Source of the DNA: a virus
Lineage: Duplodnaviria; Heunggongvirae; Uroviricota; Caudoviricetes
Length of the DNA: 6,117 nt
IMG/VR virus record: IMGVR_UViG_2700989486_000022
Strand: one strand, 5' to 3'
The notes beneath the pieces were generated by a model. It was given only the letters and a program-made list of their open reading frames with translations. It was not told the DNA's origin and searched no databases. Shown here one piece after another: positions 5,701 to 6,117 of this stretch. The translations under genes and the position numbers were made by a program. Numbering within the stretch: the first letter of the stretch is position 1; the number at the start of each line of letters is the position of its first letter.

Positions 5701-5865
5701 CTCGCGATTTTTTTTTGTAACTTTTCCATCTTTTGCTTTTCTCTCCGAGCCGCTTTCCATATCTGCAATCGCATAAAAAACTCTGCTGGCGTTCACAAAT
5801 GTGCAGGGGTAAAACGTTTCCTGTAGCACCGTGAGTTATACTTTGTATAACTTAAGGAGGTGCAG

Positions 5866-6117
5866 ATGCGTATTACCATAAAAAGATGGGGGAACAGTGC
5901 AGGTATGGTCATTCCCAATATCGTAATGAAAGAACTTAACTTACAGCCGGGGCAGAGCGTGGAAGCGCAGGTGAGCAACAACCAACTGATTCTGACACCC
6001 ATCTCCAGGCGCTACTCGCTTGATGAACTGCTGGCACAGTGTGACATGAACGCCGCGGAACTTAGCGAGCAGGATGTCTGGGGTAAATCCACCCCTGCGG
6101 GTGACGAAATATGGTAA
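5866..6117 (+). CDS. chpS: ChpS (ChpBI) antitoxin of the ChpB-ChpS toxin-antitoxin pair, MazE/AbrB-type (83 aa)
   Basis: Protein MRITIKRWGNSAGMVIPNIVMKELNLQPGQ... matches E. coli ChpS as I recall it; AAGGAGG 5 nt upstream of ATG 5866 (the ORF track begins at GTG 5860); stop TAA at 6115-6117. Confidence 0.9.
   Translation: MRITIKRWGNSAGMVIPNIVMKELNLQPGQSVEAQVSNNQLILTPISRRYSLDELLAQCDMNAAELSEQDVWGKSTPAGDEIW
6111..6117 (+). CDS. chpB: First codons of chpB toxin gene (ATG GTA A.., M-V-K), overlapping the chpS stop; truncated by the window edge
   Basis: ATGGTAA at 6111-6117 gives the ATGnTAA overlap typical of coupled antitoxin-toxin pairs; identification relies on established knowledge that chpB follows chpS, since only 7 nt are visible. 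Confidence 0.35.

Noticed and set aside
5575-5865. tRNA gene at the integration site
   Set aside because: No T-loop or anticodon-stem pattern found; P2-type integrases commonly use non-tRNA sites, and the interval is consistent with an att core plus the chpS promoter.
5085-6002. - strand ORFs 5085-5285, 5395-5595 and 5793-6002
   Set aside because: Antisense to int and chpS or crossing the junction region; shadow ORFs.

Overview
The window reads as the lysogeny/early-region end of a P2-family (Peduovirus-like) temperate element inserted directly upstream of the chromosomal chpS-chpB toxin-antitoxin locus. On the + strand a P2 C-type immunity repressor (4213-4512) is followed by a P2-type tyrosine integrase (4579-5574), then a short non-coding stretch with a candidate att region, then chpS (5866-6117), with the chpB start overlapping the chpS stop at the window edge. 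On the - strand, diverging from the repressor, is a Cox-like gene with an unusual N-terminal extension followed by a tightly packed operon of small genes of unknown function; several are joined by ATGA start/stop overlaps. A hairpin plus T-run terminator (about 652-676, - strand) ends that operon. Beyond it lies a roughly 320-bp structured non-coding region (475-794) carrying a bipartite motif three times, then a separate leftward unit (a 76-aa gene and a gene running off the left edge). None of the small early-region proteins or the left-end genes can be assigned a function from sequence alone. I see no direct evidence of a named defence system; the most unusual signals are the structured non-coding region, the coupled cassette of unknown genes, an unannotated small hydrophobic peptide, and the extended Cox. 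All calls rest on reading the sequence and recalled family features; no database search was run.
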